Assembly: GCA_963666955.1 (NCBI GenBank) | Contig: OY762942.1 | Coordinates: 297,269-361,268, forward strand | Source of the DNA: an uncultured Marinobacterium sp. | GTDB lineage: Bacteria > Pseudomonadota > Gammaproteobacteria > Pseudomonadales > Balneatricaceae | Reading direction: 5' to 3' | Length of the DNA: 64,000 bases | Part shown: positions 21,385 to 30,058 of the stretch, piece after piece | Layout: each line of letters begins with the position of its first letter | Position numbering within the stretch: the stretch's first letter is position 1 | The notes under the pieces: generated by a model | What the model saw: only the letters and a program-made list of their open reading frames with translations | Databases searched by the model: none | What the model was told of the DNA's origin: nothing | Program-made: the position numbers and the translations under genes

Positions 21385-21443
21385 CCAATCACCTTGGGCA
21401 CACGGCTGTCATGCCTTTAGTGAGTCAGACCTGTCAATGAACG
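21347..21443 (-). ncRNA. Candidate Fur-regulated small RNA (about 97 nt)
   Basis: Bounded by a minus-strand promoter TTGCAA-N17-TATCTT that overlaps a 14/19 Fur-box match, and by an 11-bp GC hairpin plus a T7 terminator. There is no convincing ORF inside. Confidence 0.45.
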
Positions 21444-21451
21444 ATTGATAA

Positions 21452-21470
21452 GATAAAGCGAATCATTCTT
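21452..21470. promoter_or_regulatory. Fur-box-like operator
   Basis: GATAAAGCGAATCATTCTT matches 14 of 19 positions of the consensus GATAATGATAATCATTATC. It lies in the spacer/-10 region of the sRNA-candidate promoter. Confidence 0.4.
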
Positions 21471-21472
21471 AT

Positions 21473-21501
21473 TTGCAATACTTTCTTTGCAACTTTATAG
21501 T
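21473..21501 (+). promoter_or_regulatory. Putative sigma70 promoter of the bacterioferritin genes
   Basis: TTGCAA-N17-TATAGT on the plus strand. The -35 hexamer is palindromic and is shared with the divergent sRNA-candidate promoter. Confidence 0.4.
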
Positions 21502-21610
21502 CGCGCCTCTGACGACCGGGGTGCGCGCGACGCCACCGAGACCTAAACTCCGGATAGTGCCCCGCACCCTGTGCACCGTCAGTCAATGAACACTGTAGAG
21601 AGGATTTCAC

Positions 21611-22084
21611 ATGAAACATGACCAGGCACTGGTTCAACAGTTGAACAAGGTGCTAACCCTGGAGCTGACCTGCATCAACCAGTTCTTCCTGCATGCGCGC
21701 ATCTTCAAGAACTGGGGGCTGGAAAAGCTCAATCACAAGGCCTACAAGAAATCGATCCTCGACATGAAGCAGGCTGACAAGCTGATCGAGCGCATCCTGT
21801 TTCTGGAAGGCTTGCCCAACCTGCAGCACCTGGAACGCCTGCGCATCGGTGAAGACACCGAAGAGATGCTGCAAGGCGACCTCAGTCTGGAGATGGAGCA
21901 GCTTGCCCTGATGCGTGATGTCATCGCCCAGTGTGAAGCCGGTGGCGACTATGTCAGCCGTCAGCTGCTGGTCGAGATCCTGGAGCAGGAAGAAGCGCAC
22001 GTGGACTGGATCGAGGCGCAGCAGCACCTGATCGGCGAAATCGGCATCCAGAACTATCTGCAAACGGCCATGGAAGAGGAGTAA
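21611..22084 (+). CDS. bfr: Bacterioferritin subunit, heme-ligand type (Met52 present; ferroxidase positions 51/54 are Asp/Gln)
   Basis: 157 aa, aligns colinearly by eye with E. coli Bfr. Residues at the key positions are E18, D51, M52, Q54, E94, E127, H130. Confidence 0.9.
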   Translation: MKHDQALVQQLNKVLTLELTCINQFFLHARIFKNWGLEKLNHKAYKKSILDMKQADKLIERILFLEGLPNLQHLERLRIGEDTEEMLQGDLSLEMEQLALMRDVIAQCEAGGDYVSRQLLVEILEQEEAHVDWIEAQQHLIGEIGIQNYLQTAMEEE

Positions 22085-22088
22085 GGCA

Positions 22089-22556
22089 ATGAAAGGCAAC
22101 CAGAAGATTATCGACGCCCTGAACAAGCTGCTGGCCGGCGAGCTGGCCGCCATGGACCAGTACTTCATCCACTCCGAGATGTATGCCGACTGGGGCCTGA
22201 ACAAGCTGTACGAGCGCATCGCCCACGAGTTCGACGACGAAAAGGGCCATGCCAAGCTGATGATCGAGCGTATACTGTTCCTGGAAGGCACACCCGACAT
22301 GACCCGGCGCGATCCCATTCACGTCGGCAAGACGGTGCCCGAGATGCTGCAGAACGATCTCAACACCGAATACCAGGTGGCGCACAACCTCAAGCAGGTG
22401 ATCGCCCTGTGCGAACAGGAGCAGGACTACCAGACCCGTGAGATGCTGCGCCAGCAGCTGGCCGATACCGAGGAAGACCACGCCTACTGGCTGGAAAAAC
22501 AGCTGGGCCTGATCAACCGCCTCGGCCTGCCGAACTATCTGCAATCGCAGATGTAA
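22089..22556 (+). CDS. bfr: Bacterioferritin subunit, ferroxidase type (Lys at heme-ligand position 52)
   Basis: 155 aa. E18, E51, H54, E94 and a C-terminal ExxH are present, and position 52 is K. Starts 4 nt after the first bfr gene. Confidence 0.9.
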   Translation: MKGNQKIIDALNKLLAGELAAMDQYFIHSEMYADWGLNKLYERIAHEFDDEKGHAKLMIERILFLEGTPDMTRRDPIHVGKTVPEMLQNDLNTEYQVAHNLKQVIALCEQEQDYQTREMLRQQLADTEEDHAYWLEKQLGLINRLGLPNYLQSQM

Positions 22557-22601
22557 GAGCAGTTCGTCCCCCGGGGCCGGTGTCCGCCCGCCGGCTCCGG
22601 G

Positions 22602-23033
22602 TCAGACGACATAGTCACACACCAACGCCTGCGGGCCGTCGCTCATGCGCAGGCTGATCAAAATACGTTCGTATTCTCCTGCCTCAACCAGCTGACGATG
22701 CTGCGCAAACGCCTTTTCCGCATCTTCTACCGGGTGATATGACAACTGCTGTTCGACCGACAACCGCTGCCACCGGGCCTGTTCTTCATCGTCCGCTCCC
22801 AGATCAATATGCCCGGTTCGCATATCACCGGCCTCTATCGCAACATCCTCTCGGCAGGCCTGAATCCCGGCCGGCAGTTCAACCCAGCGAAAGGCGAAAT
22901 GGTAGTCCAGCAGCGATACCTGCAGCACCCTGCCCTGTTCAACCACGATGGCACCCAGTATCTCCAGCTGTTCCAGCACGTTTTCTCGGGTCAGGGGCTC
23001 CGCAACAAACCTGAACACCTGCGACTCCTCCAA
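22602..23033 (-). CDS. Hypothetical protein
   Basis: 143-aa ORF with host-like codon usage. No family recognised. Confidence 0.5.
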   Translation of the reverse strand: MEESQVFRFVAEPLTRENVLEQLEILGAIVVEQGRVLQVSLLDYHFAFRWVELPAGIQACREDVAIEAGDMRTGHIDLGADDEEQARWQRLSVEQQLSYHPVEDAEKAFAQHRQLVEAGEYERILISLRMSDGPQALVCDYVV

Positions 23034-23103
23034 TGATCATTTCGGAACGAGTATAACGGTCCGGGCAACCGGGGGTTAGAAACCAGGGCTTGGAAAACAG
23101 GAT

Positions 23104-23655
23104 TCAGCAAGAGCTGTTGAGTGCCGTCTGCATGAACTCGCCATAGCGACTGAACGGCAACGACGCCAACTCAGGATCCTTGCCCTCGTCATCCCAGCGA
23201 CGCAGCTTCAACGCCGCCTCGAAATGCGGCTCCTGTCGGAAGCTGGCCACCTCAGCGTCAGTCATCAAACCGCCCTGATGCTGCAGCGAATACACCGATG
23301 CCTCCGACAGACAGGCCAGATAGCCCTCCTCTACCGTGCACAGATAACGCTTGGCCTGGGCATGCAGGCGCACCGGCTCGGCCACCTCTGGACCGAACAG
23401 AGGGCGCAGATACTCCGCCCCGACCTTGTCATGGCGGAAATTGCCGTGCTCGGCACTGACCTCTTCCAGCAGGTGGCCGATATCGTGCAGCAGCGCCGCC
23501 GTGATCAACGCCGGACTCTCCCCGGCCCGACGCGCCAACTCGGCACATTGCACGCCATGCTCGGTCTGGGTGATCCCTTCACCGTAGGTATTCTGCCCCA
23601 TGCGGGCGTAAAGTTGTTCAATGGCGGCCAGTGCCGCCGGCTGGCTTGCGCTCAT
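23104..23655 (-). CDS. HD-domain metal-dependent phosphohydrolase/oxygenase (PhnZ-like small HD protein)
   Basis: 183 aa with an HD motif (AALLHDIGHLL) and an upstream His (TEHGVQCA). Confidence 0.75.
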   Translation of the reverse strand: MSASQPAALAAIEQLYARMGQNTYGEGITQTEHGVQCAELARRAGESPALITAALLHDIGHLLEEVSAEHGNFRHDKVGAEYLRPLFGPEVAEPVRLHAQAKRYLCTVEEGYLACLSEASVYSLQHQGGLMTDAEVASFRQEPHFEAALKLRRWDDEGKDPELASLPFSRYGEFMQTALNSSC

Positions 23656-23837
23656 AACAGAAGACCCCTGAGTCTGGTATATACCAGAAAAAGTCTAGGC
23701 CGTTATATTTACAGCCCGGTGACACCCCGATGACAGCGCCGCGCTTCGGGCAGCCGCGCCCAGGACCTGTGCAACCCGCCCCATCCTCGCACCGGGCTGG
23801 TACACTGAAGGCAGCCACAACTGCGAGATCCAGACCC

Positions 23838-24575
23838 ATGAACCGACGACTGATCATCTTCACCGGCGCCGGCATCTCCGCCGAGTCCGGTGTCCCCACC
23901 TTCCGCACCGGGCCGGACGGTCTCTGGCACAACCACCGCATCGAGGATGTCTGCCATATCGACACCTTCGAGCAGAACTACGATCTGGTGCACCAGTTCT
24001 ACAACGACCGCCGCACCGCCCTGCAGGGGGTCGAGCCCAACGCCGCCCACCGCGCCATCGCCGAACTCCAGCGCCGGCACGGCGAGCGGGTCACGCTGAT
24101 GACCACCAATGTGGACGACCTGCACGAACGCGCCGGCAGCCCCGAGGTGGTGCATATCCACGGCAACCTGCTGGAACTGGCCAACCTGGCCGAGGGCCGC
24201 ATTGAGCCGATCGGCTACGAGAGCTTCGATCACGCCGCGCACCCGCCCCATTTCAAGCCCAACGTGGTGTTCTTCGGCGAGGCCGCGCCGGTCTATCGCG
24301 ACCTGTTCACACTGATGAACTCGCTGAGCCGCCACGACCTGGTGCTGGTGGTCGGCAGCAGTGAATCGGTGCTGCAGTTCTGTCTCGAGGCCTATCACGG
24401 CAGCCAGGGCGAGGCGGTGATCCTGTACGTGGATCCGACCGATACCTGCCCCTACGACCGCCTGCTCGGGCCGGGCCTCAAGCCCTACACCGAGCACTTT
24501 CGCATGGGGGCCGTAGATGCCCTGGCAGAGGGTTCGCCGGTGCGGGAGTGGATCGAGGAGTGGATGACACGCTGA
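23838..24575 (+). CDS. SIR2-family NAD-dependent deacylase lacking the zinc-ribbon cysteines
   Basis: ORF 23730-24575. Start at MNRRLIIFTGAGISAESGVPTFR preferred. Has the catalytic HG (IHGNL). No Cys residues where the CxxC...CxxC motif normally lies. Confidence 0.8.
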   Translation: MNRRLIIFTGAGISAESGVPTFRTGPDGLWHNHRIEDVCHIDTFEQNYDLVHQFYNDRRTALQGVEPNAAHRAIAELQRRHGERVTLMTTNVDDLHERAGSPEVVHIHGNLLELANLAEGRIEPIGYESFDHAAHPPHFKPNVVFFGEAAPVYRDLFTLMNSLSRHDLVLVVGSSESVLQFCLEAYHGSQGEAVILYVDPTDTCPYDRLLGPGLKPYTEHFRMGAVDALAEGSPVREWIEEWMTR

Positions 24576-24782
24576 TCGGAACCGCCGGCCGGGGCAGGAT
24601 TAGCTTGAGCGGGATGAACATGCTGTGGTCTCAGCGCGTTCATCATCGCCCGCTGCCGCCAGAGCAGGGATTCAATGCAGAGACATTAGCGACCTGATGA
24701 TTCAATAGTTATACAGCAACCTATAGCCATCAACCCTGCTAAGATGATCATGTTGATCAAAATAATCACTCATGAGGTGAAT

Positions 24783-25040
24783 ATGGAACTGAGCGCTACC
24801 GAGGCCAAGCGGGAGTTCGGCGACTTGATCCTTAAAGCCCAGTCAGAGCCCGTTCGCATCCTGCGAAACGGGAAGAAGGTTGCTGCAGTAATCTCCAACG
24901 AAGAGTTTGAGCAATACGAAGCCTTCAAGCGCCAACAGCTCAGGCAAGCAATCAGCGAAGGTCTGGAAGATCTACAGCAAGGCCAAGTCCATGATGGACC
25001 GGACGTGTTTGCATCCCTGATGGATAAAGCGAGGGGCTAA
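24783..25040 (+). CDS. Type II antitoxin, Phd/YefM family
   Basis: ORF 24744-25040. Start at MELSATEAKREFGDLILKA preferred. Overlaps the toxin gene by 1 nt. Confidence 0.8.
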   Translation: MELSATEAKREFGDLILKAQSEPVRILRNGKKVAAVISNEEFEQYEAFKRQQLRQAISEGLEDLQQGQVHDGPDVFASLMDKARG

Positions 25041-25327
25041 TGTCATTTACGCTCACGGAACGAGCAAAACAGGATCTGGGAAACCTTACTGACTTCAGCA
25101 TGCTACGGTTTGGTCATTCTCAAACTCGAGCCTATCTGCGCCATCTTGAGTCGGCCCTGATCCAGCTGAGTGAAATACCAGCCCTTGGGCGGTTTCGCCC
25201 CGAGCTGGCCAATGGCCTGAGAAGTTATCCCTGCAGTCGTCATACGATCTACTATCTGGAGCAGGATAACGGAGTTGTGGTTATCCGCATCCTGCACCAA
25301 CGCATGGAGCCTTCCCGCTGGCTTTAA
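25040..25327 (+). CDS. Type II toxin, ParE/RelE family
   Basis: 95 aa with a ParE-like sequence (…[22 protein letters not shown]). Coupled to the upstream antitoxin. Confidence 0.8.
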   Translation: MSFTLTERAKQDLGNLTDFSMLRFGHSQTRAYLRHLESALIQLSEIPALGRFRPELANGLRSYPCSRHTIYYLEQDNGVVVIRILHQRMEPSRWL

Positions 25328-27657
25328 GCCGCTGCCGCCCTGTCTTCACGCAGCACCCTGGCCGCTTCGACCATGTTCTGCAGCGCCGGAATCACCTCGC
25401 TCCACTGGCGGGTTTTCAGGCCGCAGTCCGGGTTGACCCAGAGGCGTTCCGCCGGGATCCGCTGCGCCGCCAGGCGCATCAGTTTCACCATCTGCTCCAC
25501 CGACGGGATGTTGGGGCTGTGGATATCGTACACGCCCGGGCCGATCTCGTTGGGGTAACGGAAGTCATCGAACACGTCCAGCAGCTCCATGTCGGAACGG
25601 GAGGTCTCGATGGTGATCACGTCCGCATCCATGTGCGCGATCGCCTCGATGATGTCGTTGAACTCCGAATAGCACATGTGAGTGTGGATCTGGGTGCCGT
25701 CCGCGACGCCGTTGGCGGTGATGCGGAAGGACTCCACCGCCCAGGCCAGGTACTCGGCCCACTGGCTGCGGCGCAGCGGCAAGCCTTCACGCAGCGCGGC
25801 TTCATCGATCTGGATGATGTCGATGCCGGCCGCTTCCAGCTCCTGCACTTCCTCGCGGATCGCCAGCGCCAGCTGCTGACAGCTGACCGCGCGCGGCTGA
25901 TCGTCACGCACGAAGGACCAGTTCAGTATCGTCACCGGGCCGGTGAGCATGCCTTTCATCGGCTTGTCGGTCAGCGACTGGGCGTAATTGATCCAGTCGA
26001 CGGTCATCGCCCTGGGACGGCTGATATCACCGAACAGGATCGGCGGCTTGACGCAACGGGAGCCGTAGGACTGCACCCAGCCGAACTGGCTGAAGGCGTA
26101 GCCGTCGAGCTGCTCACCGAAGTATTCCACCATGTCGTTGCGCTCGGCCTCGCCGTGCACCAGCACATCCAGCCCCAGCGCTTCCTGCTGCTGCACCGCG
26201 AACTCGATCTCCTGCTTCATGCGGGCTTCGTATTCGCCTGCATCCAGCTCCCCCCTCTTGAATGCCAGGCGCGCCTTGCGGATCTCCTGCGTTTGCGGGA
26301 AGGAACCGATGGTGGTGGTCGGGTAGAGCGGCAGGTTCAGCTTGTCACGCTGCACCGCCGCACGCTGCGGATAGGCGCTTCGGCGCTCGCCCAACGCGGC
26401 GTCGATGGCAGCGACGGCCTGCTGCACGCGGGGGTTATGCACACGCGGCGAGGTACGACGGCTGCTCAACGCCGCCAAATTCTCGGCCAGCTCGGCGGCG
26501 ACAGACGCGCGGCCATGATTCAGGGCGCTGTGGATAACCCGCAGCTCATCCAGTTTTTGCTGGGCAAAGGCCAACCAGGAGCGGATCTCGGCATCCAGTT
26601 TCTGTTCGCTGTCCAGATCCACCGGCACATGCAGCAGCGAGCAGGACGGCGCAATCCACAGGCGTTCACCCAGCTGTTTCGCCACCGGTTCCAGCCAGTC
26701 CAGCAACGCGCTCAGGTCGGTTTTCCAGATGTTGCGGCCGTTGACCACACCCAGCGACAGCACCTGTTCATCGCTCAGCTGCTCGATCACCGTACCCACT
26801 TCCTCGCGAGCGTTGATCGCATCCAGATGCAGACCCGCCACCGGCAGGCTGCACGCCAGTTCCAGATTCTCGCGCAGCTGGCCGAAATAGGTGGCCAGCA
26901 GCAGCTTCACACCGCTGTCGGCCAGGGCCGCATAGGCGGTGCGGAAGGCGTCCTGCCACTCCTGCGCCAGCTCGGTGACCAGCGCCGGTTCATCGATCTG
27001 CACCCATTCGACACCTCTGTCGGCCAGCAATGAGAGCAGCTCGGCATAGACCGGCAGCAGCTGCGCCAGCAGGCTCAACGGGTTGGTCTCGTCCTTGGCC
27101 TTGCCCAGCAACAGATAGGTCATCGGCCCCACCAGCACCGGCTTGGCGTTATGGCCCTGCTCGCGGGCCTCTTCCAGCTGGCCCAGCAGGCGATCCGGGT
27201 TCAGGCTGAAGCGGGTATCGGCGCTGAACTCCGGCACGATGTAGTGGTAGTTGGTGTCGAACCACTTGGTCATCTCGCCGGCATGGACGCAGTTGCAGCC
27301 GCTGTCGTTGGCGGAGCGGCCACGGGCCACGCGGAAGAACTGGTCCAGCTCGCTGCCATCCAGCCCCTGCACGCGGGCGGGCAGGTTGCCCAGGGTAACG
27401 CTCAGGTCCAGCACCTGATCGTAGAGCGAGAAATCGCCCACCGGCACGAGGTCCAGACCGGCCTGACGCTGCCAGTTCTGCTCACGCAGTGCGGCCGCCG
27501 TACTCAGCAGTTCGGCTTCGCTTTGCTCGCCTTTCCAGAAGGCTTCCTGGGCAAATTTCAGTTCACGACGGGCCCCGATGCGCGGGAAACCCAGGTTATG
27601 CAGACGACTTTTTGGGGTTGGCTGAAGGCTATTATTGTTGCTTGGCTGAAGGCTCAT
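25324..27657 (-). CDS. metE: Cobalamin-independent methionine synthase
   Basis: ORF 25324-27669. MetE-like throughout ([17 protein letters not shown]...). The second ATG, preceded by GGAGAG, is preferred as the start. Confidence 0.9.
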   Translation of the reverse strand: MSLQPSNNNSLQPTPKSRLHNLGFPRIGARRELKFAQEAFWKGEQSEAELLSTAAALREQNWQRQAGLDLVPVGDFSLYDQVLDLSVTLGNLPARVQGLDGSELDQFFRVARGRSANDSGCNCVHAGEMTKWFDTNYHYIVPEFSADTRFSLNPDRLLGQLEEAREQGHNAKPVLVGPMTYLLLGKAKDETNPLSLLAQLLPVYAELLSLLADRGVEWVQIDEPALVTELAQEWQDAFRTAYAALADSGVKLLLATYFGQLRENLELACSLPVAGLHLDAINAREEVGTVIEQLSDEQVLSLGVVNGRNIWKTDLSALLDWLEPVAKQLGERLWIAPSCSLLHVPVDLDSEQKLDAEIRSWLAFAQQKLDELRVIHSALNHGRASVAAELAENLAALSSRRTSPRVHNPRVQQAVAAIDAALGERRSAYPQRAAVQRDKLNLPLYPTTTIGSFPQTQEIRKARLAFKRGELDAGEYEARMKQEIEFAVQQQEALGLDVLVHGEAERNDMVEYFGEQLDGYAFSQFGWVQSYGSRCVKPPILFGDISRPRAMTVDWINYAQSLTDKPMKGMLTGPVTILNWSFVRDDQPRAVSCQQLALAIREEVQELEAAGIDIIQIDEAALREGLPLRRSQWAEYLAWAVESFRITANGVADGTQIHTHMCYSEFNDIIEAIAHMDADVITIETSRSDMELLDVFDDFRYPNEIGPGVYDIHSPNIPSVEQMVKLMRLAAQRIPAERLWVNPDCGLKTRQWSEVIPALQNMVEAARVLREDRAAAA

Positions 27658-27807
27658 GTCTCTCTCCATATTTCAATTCGAGAAAGATGCTAGCCCTTAT
27701 AAATCATGAAAAATAATGGCATTATCTCATAATTCCATTAAATTTAGTCATGCTTCTAATGCAAAAAATGATTTTGTTCGCTCCAAATAAACACCCTTAA
27801 CTTAGTA

Positions 27808-28440
27808 TCAGTGACCACCCATTTCCTGTTCCAGGATCTCGCGTACCTCATCAACAGTTTCTCGGTAGTCGTACACAACCATGTAGAACAGCGCCAGCTT
27901 GAAAATATCCATACCTCTATCATTGGTATGCATGACGTCAACATCTTGGGTCCGCAGGTATTTCACCATATTCGGGCTATTGTATTTAACAGCATAAAAC
28001 ACAGGTGTGGAACCTGAAGCATCGGTCTGCTCGAGAGAAGCTCCCGCCTTAACCAGAACTTGAAGACACTCGGGACTTTTCTGTGTCGCGGCTCGGTGAA
28101 TGGGCCAGGTTCCATCTTCGGCAGGCTGATGAATCTGAGCACCCTGTTCAATCATGGCTTCAAGCATGTGGGCAGCACAATCGGTACTCAGCAGCTCAAA
28201 CATGGGGGACATCCCCGTGATTGGGTTAATGACGTTGGGATCCTCGCCTGCAGCAAGCAGTTGCCTGAATGTGTCCCAGTCCTTATACGCAAGGGCCTTG
28301 CTCAATGGTGGCAACGCCTGAAGAACAGCCTGATGCGTCTGCTCATTCTTCTTGGTCTCACGCTCGGCACCACACACAAGTGTCGACACACTAGTCAATA
28401 GAGCACTTACCAGAAGAGCTGATTTAATGTAATTATTCAT
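27808..28440 (-). CDS. Secreted ankyrin-repeat protein
   Basis: 210 aa with a signal peptide (SALLVSALLTSVSTLVCGA) and several ANK-like repeats (e.g. GSTPVFYAVKYNSPNMVKYL). Codon usage is AT-rich. Confidence 0.75.
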   Translation of the reverse strand: MNNYIKSALLVSALLTSVSTLVCGAERETKKNEQTHQAVLQALPPLSKALAYKDWDTFRQLLAAGEDPNVINPITGMSPMFELLSTDCAAHMLEAMIEQGAQIHQPAEDGTWPIHRAATQKSPECLQVLVKAGASLEQTDASGSTPVFYAVKYNSPNMVKYLRTQDVDVMHTNDRGMDIFKLALFYMVVYDYRETVDEVREILEQEMGGH

Positions 28441-28444
28441 GTGA

Positions 28445-28885
28445 TCAAAGTTCCTTTATTCTTTGCCACAGACTCTTAAATTCACACTCGTCTTTTTCTG
28501 AAAATTTAACTAGAGCACCAACGTAATCTTTTCTTGAAATCATATCAGTCACACTCAAATACCAGCCCAAGTCAGTTCCATTTTTATAGGCACATTCTTC
28601 GGCGTTCTTCCTAAATATTATACTTAATAAAGCATTAGCCCCCTTTGCATCCAAAAGAGCTATTGCCGGACCAATCATAGCTCCAGATGCTTTAGACAAG
28701 GTTGCTTTCATGAAGGGCCTTCCTGCCTTGGGCTCTCTGGTCAGGATCACACCTTCATGCTGAACCAAGATAGTTATCCCATGCTCAGCTTTAAGATATT
28801 CACATGAAAGACGCCCAGGAAAATCTCCAAAAGACTCTTCTATAAACGCCTTTAAGTCATCATCCACACACAAACTAGATGTCAT
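28445..28885 (-). CDS. Hypothetical protein (AT-rich cassette, upstream partner of the ankyrin gene)
   Basis: 146-aa ORF ending 4 nt upstream of the ankyrin gene start, same strand. No family recognised. Confidence 0.55.
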   Translation of the reverse strand: MTSSLCVDDDLKAFIEESFGDFPGRLSCEYLKAEHGITILVQHEGVILTREPKAGRPFMKATLSKASGAMIGPAIALLDAKGANALLSIIFRKNAEECAYKNGTDLGWYLSVTDMISRKDYVGALVKFSEKDECEFKSLWQRIKEL

Positions 28886-29161
28886 AAATCAAATTCCTTT
28901 TTTAATTTATTCCAATTATGTATTATGATACAACGATATATGGTAATTACTTATACGATATCATTAAGTTTAGGTAAACTATTAAAAGCTTCATAACAAA
29001 TAATTATATGATCATAAGTTTATATTTATAAGAATATGTCTGTAATTAAATACGATTTAAAACAACTTTTGGTTTATTAGTCGGATATTAAAACTACTGG
29101 ACCGTAACAATATAACCGAAACCTACATATAAGACTTTATGGTTACCATGGACAAGATCTC

Positions 29162-30058
29162 ATGCTCGAACGTCACCACCTGATGATCCTTCGCACCGTA
29201 GACCAACAAGGGTCGCTGACCGCCGCAGCCGAGAAACTCTGCCTGACCCAGTCCGCGCTGAGCCACTCGATACGCAAGCTGGAGCAGCAGCTGGGCACGC
29301 CCGTGTGGCAGAAGGAAGGCCGCCGCCTGCGCCTGACCCAGGCCGGCGAATATCTGCTGCAGCTGGCTGAACGGCTGTTGCCCCAGTTCGAGCACGCCGA
29401 AGATCTGATGCAGCAGTTTGCCAGCGGGTTGCGCGGCACCCTGCGCATCGGCATGGAGTGCCACCCCTGCTACCAGTGGCTGCTCAAGGTCGTAAATCCT
29501 TACCTCAGGCAGTGGCCCAATGTGGATGTGGATGTGCGGCAGAAATTCCAGTTCGGCGGCATGGGCGCGCTCTATGGCCACGAGATCGACCTGCTGGTGA
29601 CGCCGGACCCGCTCTACCGCAGCGGCCTGATCTTCGAGCCGGTGTTCGATTACGAGCAGGTGCTGGTGGTTGGCCCCGAGCATCCACTGTTCGGCCAGTC
29701 GCAGGTCGAGCCGCAACAGCTGGTGCAGGACACCCTGATCACCTACCCGGTGGAGCCGGACCGGCTGGATATCTTCAGCCGCTTCCTGACGCCGGCCGGC
29801 TGCAACCCGCGCCGGCACAAGCAGATCGAGACCACCGACATCATGCTGCAGATGGTGGCGGCCGGTCGCGGTGTGGCCGCGCTGCCGCGCTGGCTGGTGG
29901 AAGAGTATCAACCGCGCCTGCCGCTGCATCCCCTGCAGCTGGGCAAAACCGGTGTGGATAAACAGATCTTCCTGGGTCTGCGTAAAGACGACGTGGCGAC
30001 CGACTACCTGCACGCCTTCGTTGAACTGGCTCGCCAGTACAACCAGCCGCCGAGCTGA
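29162..30058 (+). CDS. metR: LysR-family transcriptional activator MetR
   Basis: 298 aa with a MetR-like N-terminal HTH (LERHHLMILRTVDQQGSLTAAAEKLCLTQSALSHSIRKLE). Confidence 0.85.
   Translation: MLERHHLMILRTVDQQGSLTAAAEKLCLTQSALSHSIRKLEQQLGTPVWQKEGRRLRLTQAGEYLLQLAERLLPQFEHAEDLMQQFASGLRGTLRIGMECHPCYQWLLKVVNPYLRQWPNVDVDVRQKFQFGGMGALYGHEIDLLVTPDPLYRSGLIFEPVFDYEQVLVVGPEHPLFGQSQVEPQQLVQDTLITYPVEPDRLDIFSRFLTPAGCNPRRHKQIETTDIMLQMVAAGRGVAALPRWLVEEYQPRLPLHPLQLGKTGVDKQIFLGLRKDDVATDYLHAFVELARQYNQPPS

Noticed and set aside
21434-21637. 67-aa minus-strand ORF spanning the bfr upstream region.
   Set aside because: It overlaps the bfr start codon and the promoter and Fur-box region, and it has no ribosome-binding site. 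The region is better explained by divergent promoters and an sRNA.
22087-22093. Possible base pairing between the 5' end of the sRNA candidate (GUUCAUUG) and the start region of the second bfr gene (CAAUGAA).
   Set aside because: Only a 7-nt complementarity was found by eye, which is not significant without a proper interaction-energy calculation.
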